This document shows, piece by piece, positions 36,639 through 46,371 of a stretch of 55,688 nucleotides of DNA. Both the position numbers and the translations under genes were made by a program. The notes under the pieces were generated by a model, which was not told where the DNA came from, did no database searches, and saw nothing but the letters and a program-made list of their open reading frames with translations. The stretch is from Kineosporiaceae bacterium (lineage in GTDB: Bacteria; Actinomycetota; Actinomycetes; Actinomycetales; Kineosporiaceae): the NCBI GenBank assembly GCA_035541595.1, contig DATKNA010000146.1, positions 1-55,688 of the forward strand, given 5' to 3'. Positions within the stretch are counted from its first letter, which is position 1. Each line of letters starts with the position of its first letter.

Positions 36639-37904
36639 ATGGTGAGCCTTCTCGACCGACCTCCCGGTCCGCCCGCACCGCTCGACGTCCGTCCCGCGCC
36701 GGCCGCCGCGGCCGCCGCAGCCGCCGGACAGGCCGCCGCGGCCTCGCTCGTCGCTGTCCTCGCCCCCGTCGTCCTCGCTTGGGTCGTGGACTCGGACGGC
36801 CGGGGCACCTGGTTGCAGGCCGTCCGGCTGTCACTCGCGCTGTGGCTGTTGGCCCAGCACGGCGGCATCGCCGTGGCCGGGGGACACGTCGGGCTCGTCC
36901 CGCTGGGTCTCACCCTCGCGCCGCTCGCGGCCTGCTGGTTCGGCGGCCGTCGGCTCTCCCGGCTGCTCGACCCGCGGGCCGAGGCCTACGCCGCGGGCGC
37001 GAGCCGGGCCGGACCCACCTGGCCGCCGGCCGTCGCCTTGGCCTCGTTCGCCGCGACATACTGCCTCGCCGTCGCCGCGGCCGCCCTCGTGGCGGACATG
37101 CCCGGTGCCCACCCCATCGGCCTGCAGGCGGTGATCGGGGGGGCCGTCGTCGCGTCGGCGTCGGGGACGCTCGGCGCGGCCTCCTATCGGTACGGCGGCG
37201 TCGGCGCCGGCCTGCACCACCTGAGGCGAATCCTGCCGGCGCCCGCCGTCCGCTGGTCGAGGCCCGCGCTCGCCGCACTCGTGGTGCAACTGCTCGCAGC
37301 GGCGGTGGTGCTCATCGTCATGATCGGTGCCGGACGCGACCGCGTCCTCGCCCTGCACCGCGCCCTCGAACCCGGCGTCGCCGGTGGTGCCGTGCTCGCA
37401 CTCGGTCAGATCCTGTTGCTGCCCAACCTCGTCGTGTGGACCGCCGCGGCCCTGGCGGGAACAGGTTTCGCGGTGGGTTCGGCCAGCTGGATCACGCTCG
37501 CGTCCGCCCAGCTCGGCCCGCTACCCGCGGTGCCCGTGCTCGGCGCTCTGCCGGGCGCAGGCCCGATGCCGCGGATCGCGATGGCGCTCCTGGTCGTCCC
37601 CGTGTCCGCGGGTGTCGTGGGCGGCGTCCTGCTCGTGCGCGCCGGTCCGGGCGCCGGTGCCTGGGGAACGGGTTGGCGAGCCGTGGCGGCGGACGTCGGC
37701 GGTGTCGGCGGGCTCGTCGCGGCATCGTCGACCGCCTTGGCGTGGCTGTCGGGCGGTCCCGCCGGTCCGGGGAACCTGGCGGTCACCGGTCCCGAGCCGA
37801 TCTGGACGGGAGCCGCGGTCGGCGCGGAGGTCGCGGTCGGTGTCGCGCTCGCTCTCGCCGGGGCGGCGACGTGGCGCCGGTGGCGCCCGGTGCTGCCCGG
37901 ATAG
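36639..37904 (+). CDS. perM: PerM-like (DUF6350) polytopic membrane protein
   Basis: About 10 TM, Ala/Gly/Leu-rich. Its position between sucD and purN matches M. tuberculosis Rv0955 (perM). Start set at the ATG just after the low-GC region. Confidence 0.7.
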   Translation: MVSLLDRPPGPPAPLDVRPAPAAAAAAAAGQAAAASLVAVLAPVVLAWVVDSDGRGTWLQAVRLSLALWLLAQHGGIAVAGGHVGLVPLGLTLAPLAACWFGGRRLSRLLDPRAEAYAAGASRAGPTWPPAVALASFAATYCLAVAAAALVADMPGAHPIGLQAVIGGAVVASASGTLGAASYRYGGVGAGLHHLRRILPAPAVRWSRPALAALVVQLLAAAVVLIVMIGAGRDRVLALHRALEPGVAGGAVLALGQILLLPNLVVWTAAALAGTGFAVGSASWITLASAQLGPLPAVPVLGALPGAGPMPRIAMALLVVPVSAGVVGGVLLVRAGPGAGAWGTGWRAVAADVGGVGGLVAASSTALAWLSGGPAGPGNLAVTGPEPIWTGAAVGAEVAVGVALALAGAATWRRWRPVLPG

Positions 37905-37915
37905 GGTCGGCCATC

Positions 37916-38536
37916 GTGGCCGAGCACCCTGGGCGTGAGCGCGTCGTCGTGCTCGTCTCGGGTGAGGGCACCCTGCTCCAGGCGCTGCTCGACGCGGCCC
38001 GCGCCCCCGAGGCCCCGTTCCGGGTGGTCGGCGTCGTCTCCGACCGGGCCGGCGCCCGTGGCCTCGAGCGCGCCCGAGACGCCGGAGTCCCCACCGCGGT
38101 GGTCGCTCCCGCCGACTTCCCCGACCGGCCGGCCTGGGACGCCGGGGTGGCGCGTGCCGTCGGCGTCCTCCGTCCTCGGCTGGTGGTGCTCGCCGGCTTC
38201 ATGCGCCTGCTCGGCGCGGCCTACCTCGCCCAGTTCGGCGACCGGACGATCAACACCCATCCCGCTCTGCTGCCGTCCTTCCCGGGCGCCCGCGGCGTCC
38301 GCGACGCCTTGGCCCACGGCGTCAAGGTGACCGGTGCGAGTGTCATCCTCGTCGACGAGGGGACGGACACCGGGCCGATCGTCGCGCAGCGGCCGGTCGA
38401 GGTGCTCGACGCGGACGACGAGGCCGCCTTGCACGAACGGATCAAGGTCGTCGAGCGCGAGCTGCTCGTCGACGTCGTGCGCCGGATGACGGCCCACGGC
38501 TGGCAGGTGACCGACAGGAAGGTGCGACTCGGATGA
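37916..38536 (+). CDS. purN: Phosphoribosylglycinamide formyltransferase
   Basis: [47 protein letters not shown] start is approximate. Confidence 0.9.
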   Translation: MAEHPGRERVVVLVSGEGTLLQALLDAARAPEAPFRVVGVVSDRAGARGLERARDAGVPTAVVAPADFPDRPAWDAGVARAVGVLRPRLVVLAGFMRLLGAAYLAQFGDRTINTHPALLPSFPGARGVRDALAHGVKVTGASVILVDEGTDTGPIVAQRPVEVLDADDEAALHERIKVVERELLVDVVRRMTAHGWQVTDRKVRLG

Positions 38537-40152
38537 GCGAGCGCGGCGACGGGACCGGGCGGCGGATCGTCCGGCGGGCGCTGGTGTCCGTCTACGACAA
38601 GAGCGGGCTGGAGCAGCTGGCCCGCGGTCTGCACGAGGCGGGTGTCGCGCTCGTCTCGACGGGTTCGACCGCGGCTCGGATCGCCGCCGCAGGGGTCCCG
38701 GTGACATCGGTCGAACGGGTCACCGGCTTTCCGGAGGGCTTCGACGGACGGGTGAAGACACTGCACCCGCACGTCCACGCCGGGTTGCTCGCGGACCAGG
38801 GCAACCCCGACCACGTCCGGCGCCTCGCCGAGCTGGGCATCGCCGCCTTCGACCTGCTGGTCGTCAATCTGTACCCGTTCCGCGAGACCGTGCTGTCGGG
38901 GGCCGGACCCGCCGAGGTCGTCGAGCAGATCGACATCGGCGGCCCGGCGATGGTGCGGGCGGGGGCGAAGAACCACGCGAGCGTGGCCGTCGTGACCGAC
39001 CCCGCGGAGTACGGCGCCGCGCTCGACGCCGTCCGCGCCGGCGGCTTCGACCTCGCCCAGCGGCAGGTGCTGGCCGCGCGGGCCTTCGCCCACACCGCCG
39101 CCTATGACGTGGCGGTGGCCACGTGGATGGGCACGGTCCTCGCGGACACCACCGACGGGACCGGCTTCCCGGCCTTCGCCGGTGCGACGTGGAGCCGGGC
39201 CAGCGGCCTGCGCTACGGGGAGAACCCGCACCAGGCGGCGGCGCTGTACCGAGATGCGCGGCAGGGGGGATCCGGCGGCCTCGCCCAGGCGGAGCAGGTG
39301 CACGGCAAGGAGATGTCGTACAACAACTACGTCGACGCCGATGCCGCCTGGCGAGCCGTGCACGACTTCGCCCAGCCCTGTATTGCGATCATCAAGCACA
39401 ACAATCCCTGCGGGATCGCCGTCGGCGCCGACCTTGCCCAGGCGTACGGTCGGGCGTTCGCCTGCGATCCGGTGTCCGCCTACGGCGGCGTCGTGGCCGC
39501 CAACGCGGTGGTCACCCTGGCCGTGGCCGAGCAGATCGCCGACGTCTTCACCGAGGTCGTGGCGGCGGCCGGGTTCGAGCCCGACGCTCTCGAGATGCTT
39601 CGGCGCAAGAAGAACGTGCGCCTGCTGAGGGTGCCGTCGGGGCCCGCCGATCCCGTCGAGTTCCGGCCCATCAGCGGCGGCGTCCTGGCCCAGACGGTGG
39701 ACCGGCTGGACGCGGTCGTGTCCGCGACCGGGGACGGCGACCCTGGCGGCGGCGATGATCCGGCGCGCTGGCGGCTGGCGACGGGTCACCCCGCCGACCC
39801 GGCCACCCTCGCCGACCTCGCCTTCGCCTGGCGTGCCGTGCGTGCGGTGAAGTCCAACGCCGTCCTGCTCGCGCGGCGCGGCGCCAGCGTCGGCATCGGC
39901 ATGGGCCAGGTCAACCGGGTGGACTCCTGCCGGCTGGCCGTCGCCCGCGCGGGGGAGGAGCGGGTGCGGGGCGCGGTCGCGGCGTCGGACGCCTTCTTCC
40001 CGTTCCCCGACGGCCTCGAGGTACTGCTCGAGGCGGGCGTCCGCGCCGTGGTGCAACCCGGCGGGTCGGTCCGCGACGACGAGGTGATCGCCGCGGCGCG
40101 GGCGGCGCGAGCGACGATGTACCTCACCGGTACCCGGCACTTCTCGCACTGA
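38533..40152 (+). CDS. purH: Bifunctional AICAR formyltransferase / IMP cyclohydrolase
   Basis: [29 protein letters not shown]-terminal [15 protein letters not shown] overlap with purN. Confidence 0.95.
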   Translation: MSERGDGTGRRIVRRALVSVYDKSGLEQLARGLHEAGVALVSTGSTAARIAAAGVPVTSVERVTGFPEGFDGRVKTLHPHVHAGLLADQGNPDHVRRLAELGIAAFDLLVVNLYPFRETVLSGAGPAEVVEQIDIGGPAMVRAGAKNHASVAVVTDPAEYGAALDAVRAGGFDLAQRQVLAARAFAHTAAYDVAVATWMGTVLADTTDGTGFPAFAGATWSRASGLRYGENPHQAAALYRDARQGGSGGLAQAEQVHGKEMSYNNYVDADAAWRAVHDFAQPCIAIIKHNNPCGIAVGADLAQAYGRAFACDPVSAYGGVVAANAVVTLAVAEQIADVFTEVVAAAGFEPDALEMLRRKKNVRLLRVPSGPADPVEFRPISGGVLAQTVDRLDAVVSATGDGDPGGGDDPARWRLATGHPADPATLADLAFAWRAVRAVKSNAVLLARRGASVGIGMGQVNRVDSCRLAVARAGEERVRGAVAASDAFFPFPDGLEVLLEAGVRAVVQPGGSVRDDEVIAAARAARATMYLTGTRHFSH

Positions 40153-40174
40153 TCAACGTCCGAAGGCAGCCGCG

Positions 40175-40447
40175 ATGGTGCGCTGGGAGGTCCCACCGGA
40201 ACGGCGGGTGGCTTTCACGCTCGTCCTCGTCGTGCTGGCCCTGTCCGTCGCGGTGACGGTGGTCGTGGACTTCCGTGCCGGCGGCTACGTCCTGGCCGCG
40301 TCGCTGGGCCTCGCCGCGCTGTTCCGGGCGGTGCTCCCGGAGCGGTACTGCCTCGGGCTGCTGGTCCGGACCCGCCGGATGGACGTCACCGCCGCCGTGG
40401 TGCTGGCGGTCGCGGTCGCGGTGCTCGCCGGCATCGTCCCGAACTGA
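40175..40447 (+). CDS. DUF3017-like small membrane protein
   Basis: 90 aa, two TM helices flanking RAVLPERYCLGLLVRTRRMD. Immediately follows purH, as in other actinobacteria. Confidence 0.6.
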   Translation: MVRWEVPPERRVAFTLVLVVLALSVAVTVVVDFRAGGYVLAASLGLAALFRAVLPERYCLGLLVRTRRMDVTAAVVLAVAVAVLAGIVPN

Positions 40448-40462
40448 CCCTTCCTCGTTGGC

Positions 40463-40510
40463 GGCCGCTGCCCGTCGTGCGTCCGGCCCTCGGCCGCTGC
40501 CCGTCGTGCG
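40463..40510. repeat. 19-bp direct repeat (GGCCGCTGCCCGTCGTGCG) x2, 29-bp period
   Basis: Identical copies at 40463-40481 and 40492-40510. Confidence 0.8.
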
Positions 40511-40556
40511 GCCGCTCATCCGGGAGTTCGGCCACCCTTGCGCGCGTTCGGCGACG

Positions 40557-40632
40557 ATGCACCCGTTATGTCGCTCGGGGGCGCCGACCTGTGGTCACAA
40601 CGCGTGCATCGCAGGACGACGCGTGCACGACC
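40557..40632. repeat. Dispersed palindromic intergenic element, copy B (degenerate)
   Basis: ATGCACCCGTTATGTCGCT...GGTCACAACGCGTGCAT...ACGCGTGCACG is colinear with 9341-9416. Confidence 0.55.
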
Positions 40633-40703
40633 GGAGGCGGACGACCGGAGGCGGACGACCGGAGGCGGACGCCCGGGGGGACGACCGGGGGGACGACCGG
40701 AGG
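40627..40703. repeat. Tandem 14/12-bp repeats (ACGACCGGAGGCGG x3, ACG[A/C]CCGGGGGG x2, partial)
   Basis: Units start at 40627, 40641, 40655, 40669, 40681 and 40693. There are four GGAGG motifs. Confidence 0.85.
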
Positions 40704-40799
40704 ATCGGGCCCTCACGCCGACGGCTCGGCGACGGGCTCGCCGACGCGAACTGGCCGACCCAGGGGGTGTCTCGACCACAACGGTCGCGACCTGATGTG

Positions 40800-42029
40800 A
40801 TGACAGTCATGACCGAGTCCCAGCCGCTGGCGCCGCCGGCCGCCGAGCCCGCCGCCCTCACCCTGACGGCGCCCGCGCCGCCGCAGCCCGTCGCCGCGAC
40901 CGCCGCCCCGAAGATGGCGCCGGCCGTGCCGACGGCGGCCCTGCCCGGGCTGGACCAGAAGGTGGACACCTACCTGACGGGCCTGCTCGGCACCTCGACC
41001 AACTCGCCGGACTTCTCAGCGAGGGCCAGTGACGTCCGCACCATGGGCGACGATGAGATCCGCCGTGCCGCGGAGACGAGCAACCGCCTGTTGAAGAGCC
41101 CGGTCAAGGCGCTCCAGGAGGGTGGGCTGTCGGAGGGGTCCAAGGTCGGCGGCACGCTGCTCGAGCTCCGCCGGACCGTGGAGGAGCTCGATCCCAAGGG
41201 TGCGCAGGGCTCGCGCAAGCTGCTCGGGATGATCCCGTTCGGGGACCGGCTCACGGACTACTTCCGCAAGTACCAGAGCGCGCAGGGCCACCTCAATGCG
41301 ATCATGAGCGCGCTCTACGACGGCCAGGACGAGCTACGCCGCGACAACGCCGCCCTGAACCAGGAGAAGCAGCAGCTCTGGGACACGATGGGGCGGCTGA
41401 ACCAGTACATCTACATCGCGGAACGGCTCGACGCGCGGCTGTCGGCGGCCATCGCCGACCTCGACGCCACCGATCCGGAGAAGGCCAGGGCCATGCGCCA
41501 GGACGTGCTCTTCTACGTCCGGCAGAAGCACCAGGACCTGCTGACCCAGCTCGCGGTCTCCATCCAGAACTACCTGGCGATCGACGTCGTGATCAAGAAC
41601 AACATCGAACTCGTCAAGGGCGTCGACCGGGCCACCACCACGACGGTCTCCGCGCTGCGGACCGCTGTCATCGTAGCCCAGGCGCTCAACAACCAGAAGC
41701 TCGTCCTCGACCAGATCACGGCGCTCAACACGACGACGTCCGGCCTCATCCAGCGCACGAGCGAGATGCTGCGGGACAACTCGGTGCGGATCCAGGAGCA
41801 GGCGGCGTCAGCCACCATCGGACTGCCGCAGCTGCAGGCCGCGTTCCAGAACGTCTACCAGACCATGGACGCCATCGATACGTTCAAGGTCCAGGCGCTC
41901 GACAACATGGCGGCGACAGTCGGTGTGCTCGAGAACGAGGTCGCGAAGTCGCAGGAGTACCTCGAGCGGGTGAAGAAGCGCGACGAGCGGCTCGCGAGCG
42001 GCAGCCTCGACATCGGGACCGGACGGTAA
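40800..42029 (+). CDS. telA: TelA-family toxic-anion-resistance protein
   Basis: 409 aa, all-helical. DVRTMGDDEIRRAAETSNRLL..., LLELRRTVEELDP, NAALNQEKQQLW, YLAIDVVIKNNIELVKGV are typical of TelA/YaaN (PF05816-like). Confidence 0.8.
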   Translation: MTVMTESQPLAPPAAEPAALTLTAPAPPQPVAATAAPKMAPAVPTAALPGLDQKVDTYLTGLLGTSTNSPDFSARASDVRTMGDDEIRRAAETSNRLLKSPVKALQEGGLSEGSKVGGTLLELRRTVEELDPKGAQGSRKLLGMIPFGDRLTDYFRKYQSAQGHLNAIMSALYDGQDELRRDNAALNQEKQQLWDTMGRLNQYIYIAERLDARLSAAIADLDATDPEKARAMRQDVLFYVRQKHQDLLTQLAVSIQNYLAIDVVIKNNIELVKGVDRATTTTVSALRTAVIVAQALNNQKLVLDQITALNTTTSGLIQRTSEMLRDNSVRIQEQAASATIGLPQLQAAFQNVYQTMDAIDTFKVQALDNMAATVGVLENEVAKSQEYLERVKKRDERLASGSLDIGTGR

Positions 42030-42037
42030 GGGGAGGC

Positions 42038-42583
42038 GTGCCCTTCTTCAGGGACCTGTTCGACACCCTGGCCGGCCGGCGGCCGGCGGCATCGACCCCC
42101 GAGGTCACGCTGCCACCGGTACCGACCGGGGCGGAGCTGCTGGACAAGATCGCTGGCATCGACGCGGACATCGACGCGAAGGTCGCCCAGGGGCGGGTAC
42201 CCGAGCTCGTCGCGGCCCGGGTGCACCGGATCACGGCGACCGCCCGCGACGCGGTGCCGGGGCTCGACAAGCTGGGCGCCGGCAGCCGCGACGCGCACGC
42301 CGTCATGGCCACCGTGACGAGCTACCTGCCGGAGGCGCTCGACGGCTACCTGCGTCTGCCGCGCGCCTACGCCGACCGCCGTCCCGTCGACGGCGCCAAG
42401 ACGTCGCTGATGGTCCTCGTCGACCAGCTCGACCTGCTCGCCGCCACGATGGACAAGATCCTCGACGCGGTCTACCGCGCCGACGCCGAGGCGTTGGTCG
42501 CCCACGGGCGCTTCCTCGCCGAGAAGTTCGGACACTCCACGCTCGACGGCCTCGACATCAGCGACCCCGGCACCGCCCCGTGA
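42038..42583 (+). CDS. Hypothetical helical protein, TelA-associated (possibly XpaC-like, unverified)
   Basis: 181 aa. GTG start with AGGGGAGG 3 nt upstream, 8 nt after the telA stop. No TM. Family not recognised with certainty. Confidence 0.5.
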   Translation: MPFFRDLFDTLAGRRPAASTPEVTLPPVPTGAELLDKIAGIDADIDAKVAQGRVPELVAARVHRITATARDAVPGLDKLGAGSRDAHAVMATVTSYLPEALDGYLRLPRAYADRRPVDGAKTSLMVLVDQLDLLAATMDKILDAVYRADAEALVAHGRFLAEKFGHSTLDGLDISDPGTAP

Positions 42584-42611
42584 TCGGTCTGGTGATCCGT
42601 GATGAGCCGCG

Positions 42612-44006
42612 ATGAGCGCTGAGGGAAGCCTTGCGGCGGCGCTCGACGCGCTGGTCGCCGCTGGCGTCGAGGCCGGCATCGAGCCCGGGGACGCCCGCGC
42701 CGAGGGCGCCGCGTTCGCCGCCGCGCTGGTCGAGTCGGTGCCCGGAGCGGCCCAGGCCTGGGCCGCCGAGCTCGGCCTGACGGTTCAGGCGTTCTTCGAC
42801 GCCGCCGTCCGGGCCCGGCGCTGGCGCCAGGCGCCCACCGCCCAGCTCGCCGGGCTGGTCGCCGCCGGTTCCACGCACGCGGCCGACTACGCGCGTGCGC
42901 TCGTCGAGGTCGCCTCGGCGGCGTGCGACCTGGGCGAGCCGACGATCACCGCGGTCGCGAACGCCTCCGTGGCCTCCGCGGCCCAGTTGGACGCCGCCGG
43001 CGTCCGGCCGCCCGCGCCGGTCACCGACCCCACGCTGCTGCGCCTCGCCGAGGCCGGCCTCCATCCGCGCCGAGACGGCGCCGACGGCCTCCGGCCCGGT
43101 GTGCAGCCCGCCGGCCGGACGGCGGTGCAGACGGCGGGGGCGACCGAGACCGAGCCGGCGGCACCGGAGAAGACGCTCGAGGAGCTGCTCGCCGAGCTCG
43201 ACGGGCTGACCGGGCTGACCGCCGTCAAGCGTGAGGTGCACCGGCAGGCCCAGCTGTTGCGCGTCGAGCAGCTCCGTACCGCCGCGGGCCTCCGCAGCCC
43301 GACGATCACCCGGCATCTGATCTTCCTGGGCAATCCCGGGACCGGCAAGACCACGGTCGCCCGGCTGGTGGCGGGGATCTATCGTGCGCTCGGCCTGCTG
43401 TCCAAGGGCCAGCTGGTCGAGGTCGACCGGTCCGAGCTCGTCGCGGGCTACCTGGGGCAGACGGCAGTCAAGACGGCCGAGGTCGTGGCGAGGGCCATCG
43501 GCGGGGTCCTGTTCATCGACGAGGCGTACGCGCTCGCGGGCGACCAGTACGGCGAGGAGGCGGTCGACACCCTGGTCAAGGAGATGGAGGACCATCGCGA
43601 CGACCTGGTGGTCGTGGTCGCGGGATACCCCGGGCCGATGGAGCGCTTCATCCGGTCCAATCCGGGGCTGGCCAGCCGGTTCCGGACGACGATCAGTTTC
43701 GCCGACTACACCGACGACGAGCTCGTGCAGATCCTCGTCCGGCTGGCCTCCGACGCCGACTACGCCCCGACGCCGGCGTTCCTCGATCGGTTCCGGGAGA
43801 TCCTGGCGGCGACGCCGCGCGGGGAGGGATTCGGGAACGGACGGTTCGCGCGGAACGTCCTCGAAGCAGCGATCGGACGCCACGCCTGGCGCCTGCGGGA
43901 CGTCGCCGAGCCCACGGTCGAGCAGCTGCGCGAGCTGCTCCCCGAGGATCTCGACGACGAGCCCGCCCAGCAGGAGCCGGACGCGGCGACAGGAGGGGCA
44001 CAGTGA
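42612..44006 (+). CDS. AAA+ ATPase of the CbbX/SpoVK/EccA type with an uncharacterised ~190-aa N-terminal domain
   Basis: LTGLTAVKREVHRQ, Walker A GNPGTGKTT, Walker B VLFIDEAYAL, AGYPGPMERFIRSNPGLASRF. Confidence 0.85.
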   Translation: MSAEGSLAAALDALVAAGVEAGIEPGDARAEGAAFAAALVESVPGAAQAWAAELGLTVQAFFDAAVRARRWRQAPTAQLAGLVAAGSTHAADYARALVEVASAACDLGEPTITAVANASVASAAQLDAAGVRPPAPVTDPTLLRLAEAGLHPRRDGADGLRPGVQPAGRTAVQTAGATETEPAAPEKTLEELLAELDGLTGLTAVKREVHRQAQLLRVEQLRTAAGLRSPTITRHLIFLGNPGTGKTTVARLVAGIYRALGLLSKGQLVEVDRSELVAGYLGQTAVKTAEVVARAIGGVLFIDEAYALAGDQYGEEAVDTLVKEMEDHRDDLVVVVAGYPGPMERFIRSNPGLASRFRTTISFADYTDDELVQILVRLASDADYAPTPAFLDRFREILAATPRGEGFGNGRFARNVLEAAIGRHAWRLRDVAEPTVEQLRELLPEDLDDEPAQQEPDAATGGAQ

Positions 44007-45364
44007 CCCAGACGACCACGGCGGCCGGGCCCGCCCCGGATCATCGCGGCCGGCACGTCGACGCACCTCCTCCGGGCGGCGGGGCGCGGCCGCAGCCGGC
44101 GAGCACACCGGCTCCCGGCCGGCTGCGCGGCCGGGTGCGGTCGGCCTTCCAGGGGACGCCGGGCGCGCTGCGCCTCGCCGCCATCATCGGCGTGCTGGTC
44201 TGCCTGGTGTTCGCGGTGCTCGGCGGGAACGCCTTCAAGGCCCGCGGGGAGGCCCTCGACGAGGCACGCAACAGTGCGGCGCAGCTCGTCCGGGTGCAGC
44301 AGATCGCCACCGACCTGGTCCGCGCCGACTCGCTCGTGACCAATGCCTTCCTCCAGGGAGGGCGCCAGGGCTCCGCCGGCGTTCCCGGCTATCAGGCGGC
44401 CGTCACCGACGCGAGCACGCTGCTCGCCGAAGCGGCCCAGGCCCAGCCGGGCGACGCCCGGGCCCTGGCCGCGGTCAACGACGCCCTGACGAGGTACACG
44501 GCGGCGGTCGCCACCGCCCAGGCCAACAACGCGCAGGGCTACCAGGTGGGTGGGGCCTACCTGCGGCAGGCGTCGGACCTGTTGCGGACGCCGACCTCCA
44601 CCCAGCCGGCGATGCTCCCCACGCTCGAGGCCGTCGTCGACGCCGACGCCCACCGGGTGGACGACGCGTTCACCGCTTTCAACCGGGCGTCGCTGGTGCT
44701 CGCCCTCGCCGGCATCGTCGTGTTCGGCGGCCTGCTCGGCGTCCAGATCTGGCTCGCCCGACGCACACGACGGGTGTTCAACGTGCCGCTGACGTTCGGG
44801 ACAGGTGTCGTGCTCGTCGCGCTCGTCCTCGGCGGATTGGCGATGATCTTCACGCAGTCGTCCGTGGACACGGTCCGCGACACCAACTACGCCGCCACCC
44901 GCGCCCTGTCGCAGGCGCGGATCGCGGCGTTCGACGCGAAGTCGAACGAGAGCCTCTCCCTCGTCGACCAGAGCGCCGCGGGCGATTACGAGAAGCAATA
45001 CCAGAGCCTGGTCGCGACCGCGGACCAGGAACTGGGTGCCGCGAGCAACGCGGGCGCGGGCGACGTGGGCCAGGCGGAGCTCCAGGCATGGACCGACGTC
45101 CATGCCAAGATCCGTGAAGCTGACGCGAAGGGCGATTGGAGCACGGCCGTCGATCGGGCGACCGGCGCGTCGAATGCCACGTTCCAGGCCCTGGATGCGA
45201 AGACCGGGTCTGCTCTGACCAGCGAAGCGAACCAGGTGTCCGACAACCTCGGCTCGCCGCACCTGATCCTGGTGGTCCTCGGGTGGCTGACCCTGCTGCT
45301 CGGCCTCGTCGCCGCGATCTCGGCCTGGCTGGGCGTGGCCCGGCGGTTGGAGGAGTACCGATGA
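44003..45364 (+). CDS. glnX: GlnX-like four-TM membrane protein with two extracytoplasmic helical-bundle domains
   Basis: TMs at about aa 57-76, 232-254, 266-286 and 421-444, separating two ~150-aa helical segments. Its position directly upstream of glnH-pknG matches Rv0412c/GlnX topology. GTGA overlap with the AAA+ gene. Confidence 0.6.
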   Translation: MTQTTTAAGPAPDHRGRHVDAPPPGGGARPQPASTPAPGRLRGRVRSAFQGTPGALRLAAIIGVLVCLVFAVLGGNAFKARGEALDEARNSAAQLVRVQQIATDLVRADSLVTNAFLQGGRQGSAGVPGYQAAVTDASTLLAEAAQAQPGDARALAAVNDALTRYTAAVATAQANNAQGYQVGGAYLRQASDLLRTPTSTQPAMLPTLEAVVDADAHRVDDAFTAFNRASLVLALAGIVVFGGLLGVQIWLARRTRRVFNVPLTFGTGVVLVALVLGGLAMIFTQSSVDTVRDTNYAATRALSQARIAAFDAKSNESLSLVDQSAAGDYEKQYQSLVATADQELGAASNAGAGDVGQAELQAWTDVHAKIREADAKGDWSTAVDRATGASNATFQALDAKTGSALTSEANQVSDNLGSPHLILVVLGWLTLLLGLVAAISAWLGVARRLEEYR

Positions 45365-46371
45365 GACGCCGCGCCCTGGTGCCGATCGTCATCGCGACGC
45401 TCGGTCTCCTCCTGGTTGCCTGCTCCGGTCCGGACCGCACGCCGCAGATCCCGCTCGCGAGCCCGGCACCCGCGGCGTCCGCGGCGAGCGCGCCGGCCGC
45501 GTCGGACTGCACTCCGGCCGCCCGGGCGTCCTATCGACCGCTCGCGAGCCAGCCCCCGCCCCGGGCGATGCCTGACGGCACCCTCATGTCCCAGATCCAG
45601 GAGCGTGGGTACCTGCTGGTCGGCACCTCCTCGGACACCCGCCTGCTCAGCGACCGCAACCCGCTGCTCAACCCCGACGACCCGAAGCTGTACGAGGGGT
45701 TCGACATCGAGATGGCCAGACGCGTCGCCGAAGCGATCTTCGGGGACGACTCGCCCGAGCACCTGCGCTTCCGCGCCATCAGCGCCGCCGACCGCGTGCC
45801 GTTCGTCAACAACGGGGTGGCGAAGGGCGGCGTCGACATGATCGCCCGTGCCATGACGGTCAACTGCCCGCGGTGGAATCAGGTCGACTTCTCCTCGGTC
45901 TACTTCGAGTCGACGCAGCAGGTCCTGGTCCGCAAGGGTGCCAAGGAGACCACCCTCGCGGACCTGGGAAGGGCCAAGAAGAAGGTGTGCGCCACGAACG
46001 GATCGACGAGCATCGCCTCGCTCACCAAGTTCCCGGGCATCCAGCCCGTCGGCGTCAAGTACACGACGGACTGCATGGCACTCTGGCAGCAGGGCGCGGT
46101 GGACGCCATCACCGGCGACGACGCGATCCTGGCAGGACTCACCGCGCAAGACCCCTCGGCCGTCGTGCCAGGTCGGGAGAGCATCGAGAAGGAGCCCTAC
46201 GGCCTCGCGGTCGCGAAGGACCACCCAGAGTTCGCACAGTTCATCAACGGCGTGCTCGAGCAGCTACGCAAGGACGGCGGATGGCAGAAGGCGTACACGA
46301 GCTCCGGCCTCGCGGCCCGCCTGCCGGGCCGGACCCAGCCTCCCGCGGACTTCTCACGGCCCTTGCCATGA
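45361..46371 (+). CDS. glnH: GlnH-like amino-acid (Glu/Asp/Gln) binding lipoprotein
   Basis: ATG 45361 (ATGA overlap). Lipobox LLLVAC. Family-3 SBP body (YLLVGTSSDTRLLSDRN..., GVDMIARAMTV..., DAITGDDAIL). Confidence 0.8.
   Translation: MRRRALVPIVIATLGLLLVACSGPDRTPQIPLASPAPAASAASAPAASDCTPAARASYRPLASQPPPRAMPDGTLMSQIQERGYLLVGTSSDTRLLSDRNPLLNPDDPKLYEGFDIEMARRVAEAIFGDDSPEHLRFRAISAADRVPFVNNGVAKGGVDMIARAMTVNCPRWNQVDFSSVYFESTQQVLVRKGAKETTLADLGRAKKKVCATNGSTSIASLTKFPGIQPVGVKYTTDCMALWQQGAVDAITGDDAILAGLTAQDPSAVVPGRESIEKEPYGLAVAKDHPEFAQFINGVLEQLRKDGGWQKAYTSSGLAARLPGRTQPPADFSRPLP

Noticed and set aside
36393-37915. ZTP (pfl) or purine riboswitch ahead of purN/purH.
   Set aside because: purN starts 11 nt after perM, so no leader exists there. 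The sucD-perM spacer lacks the GGGUCGUGAC...CCGCCUGGGC-type ZTP consensus.
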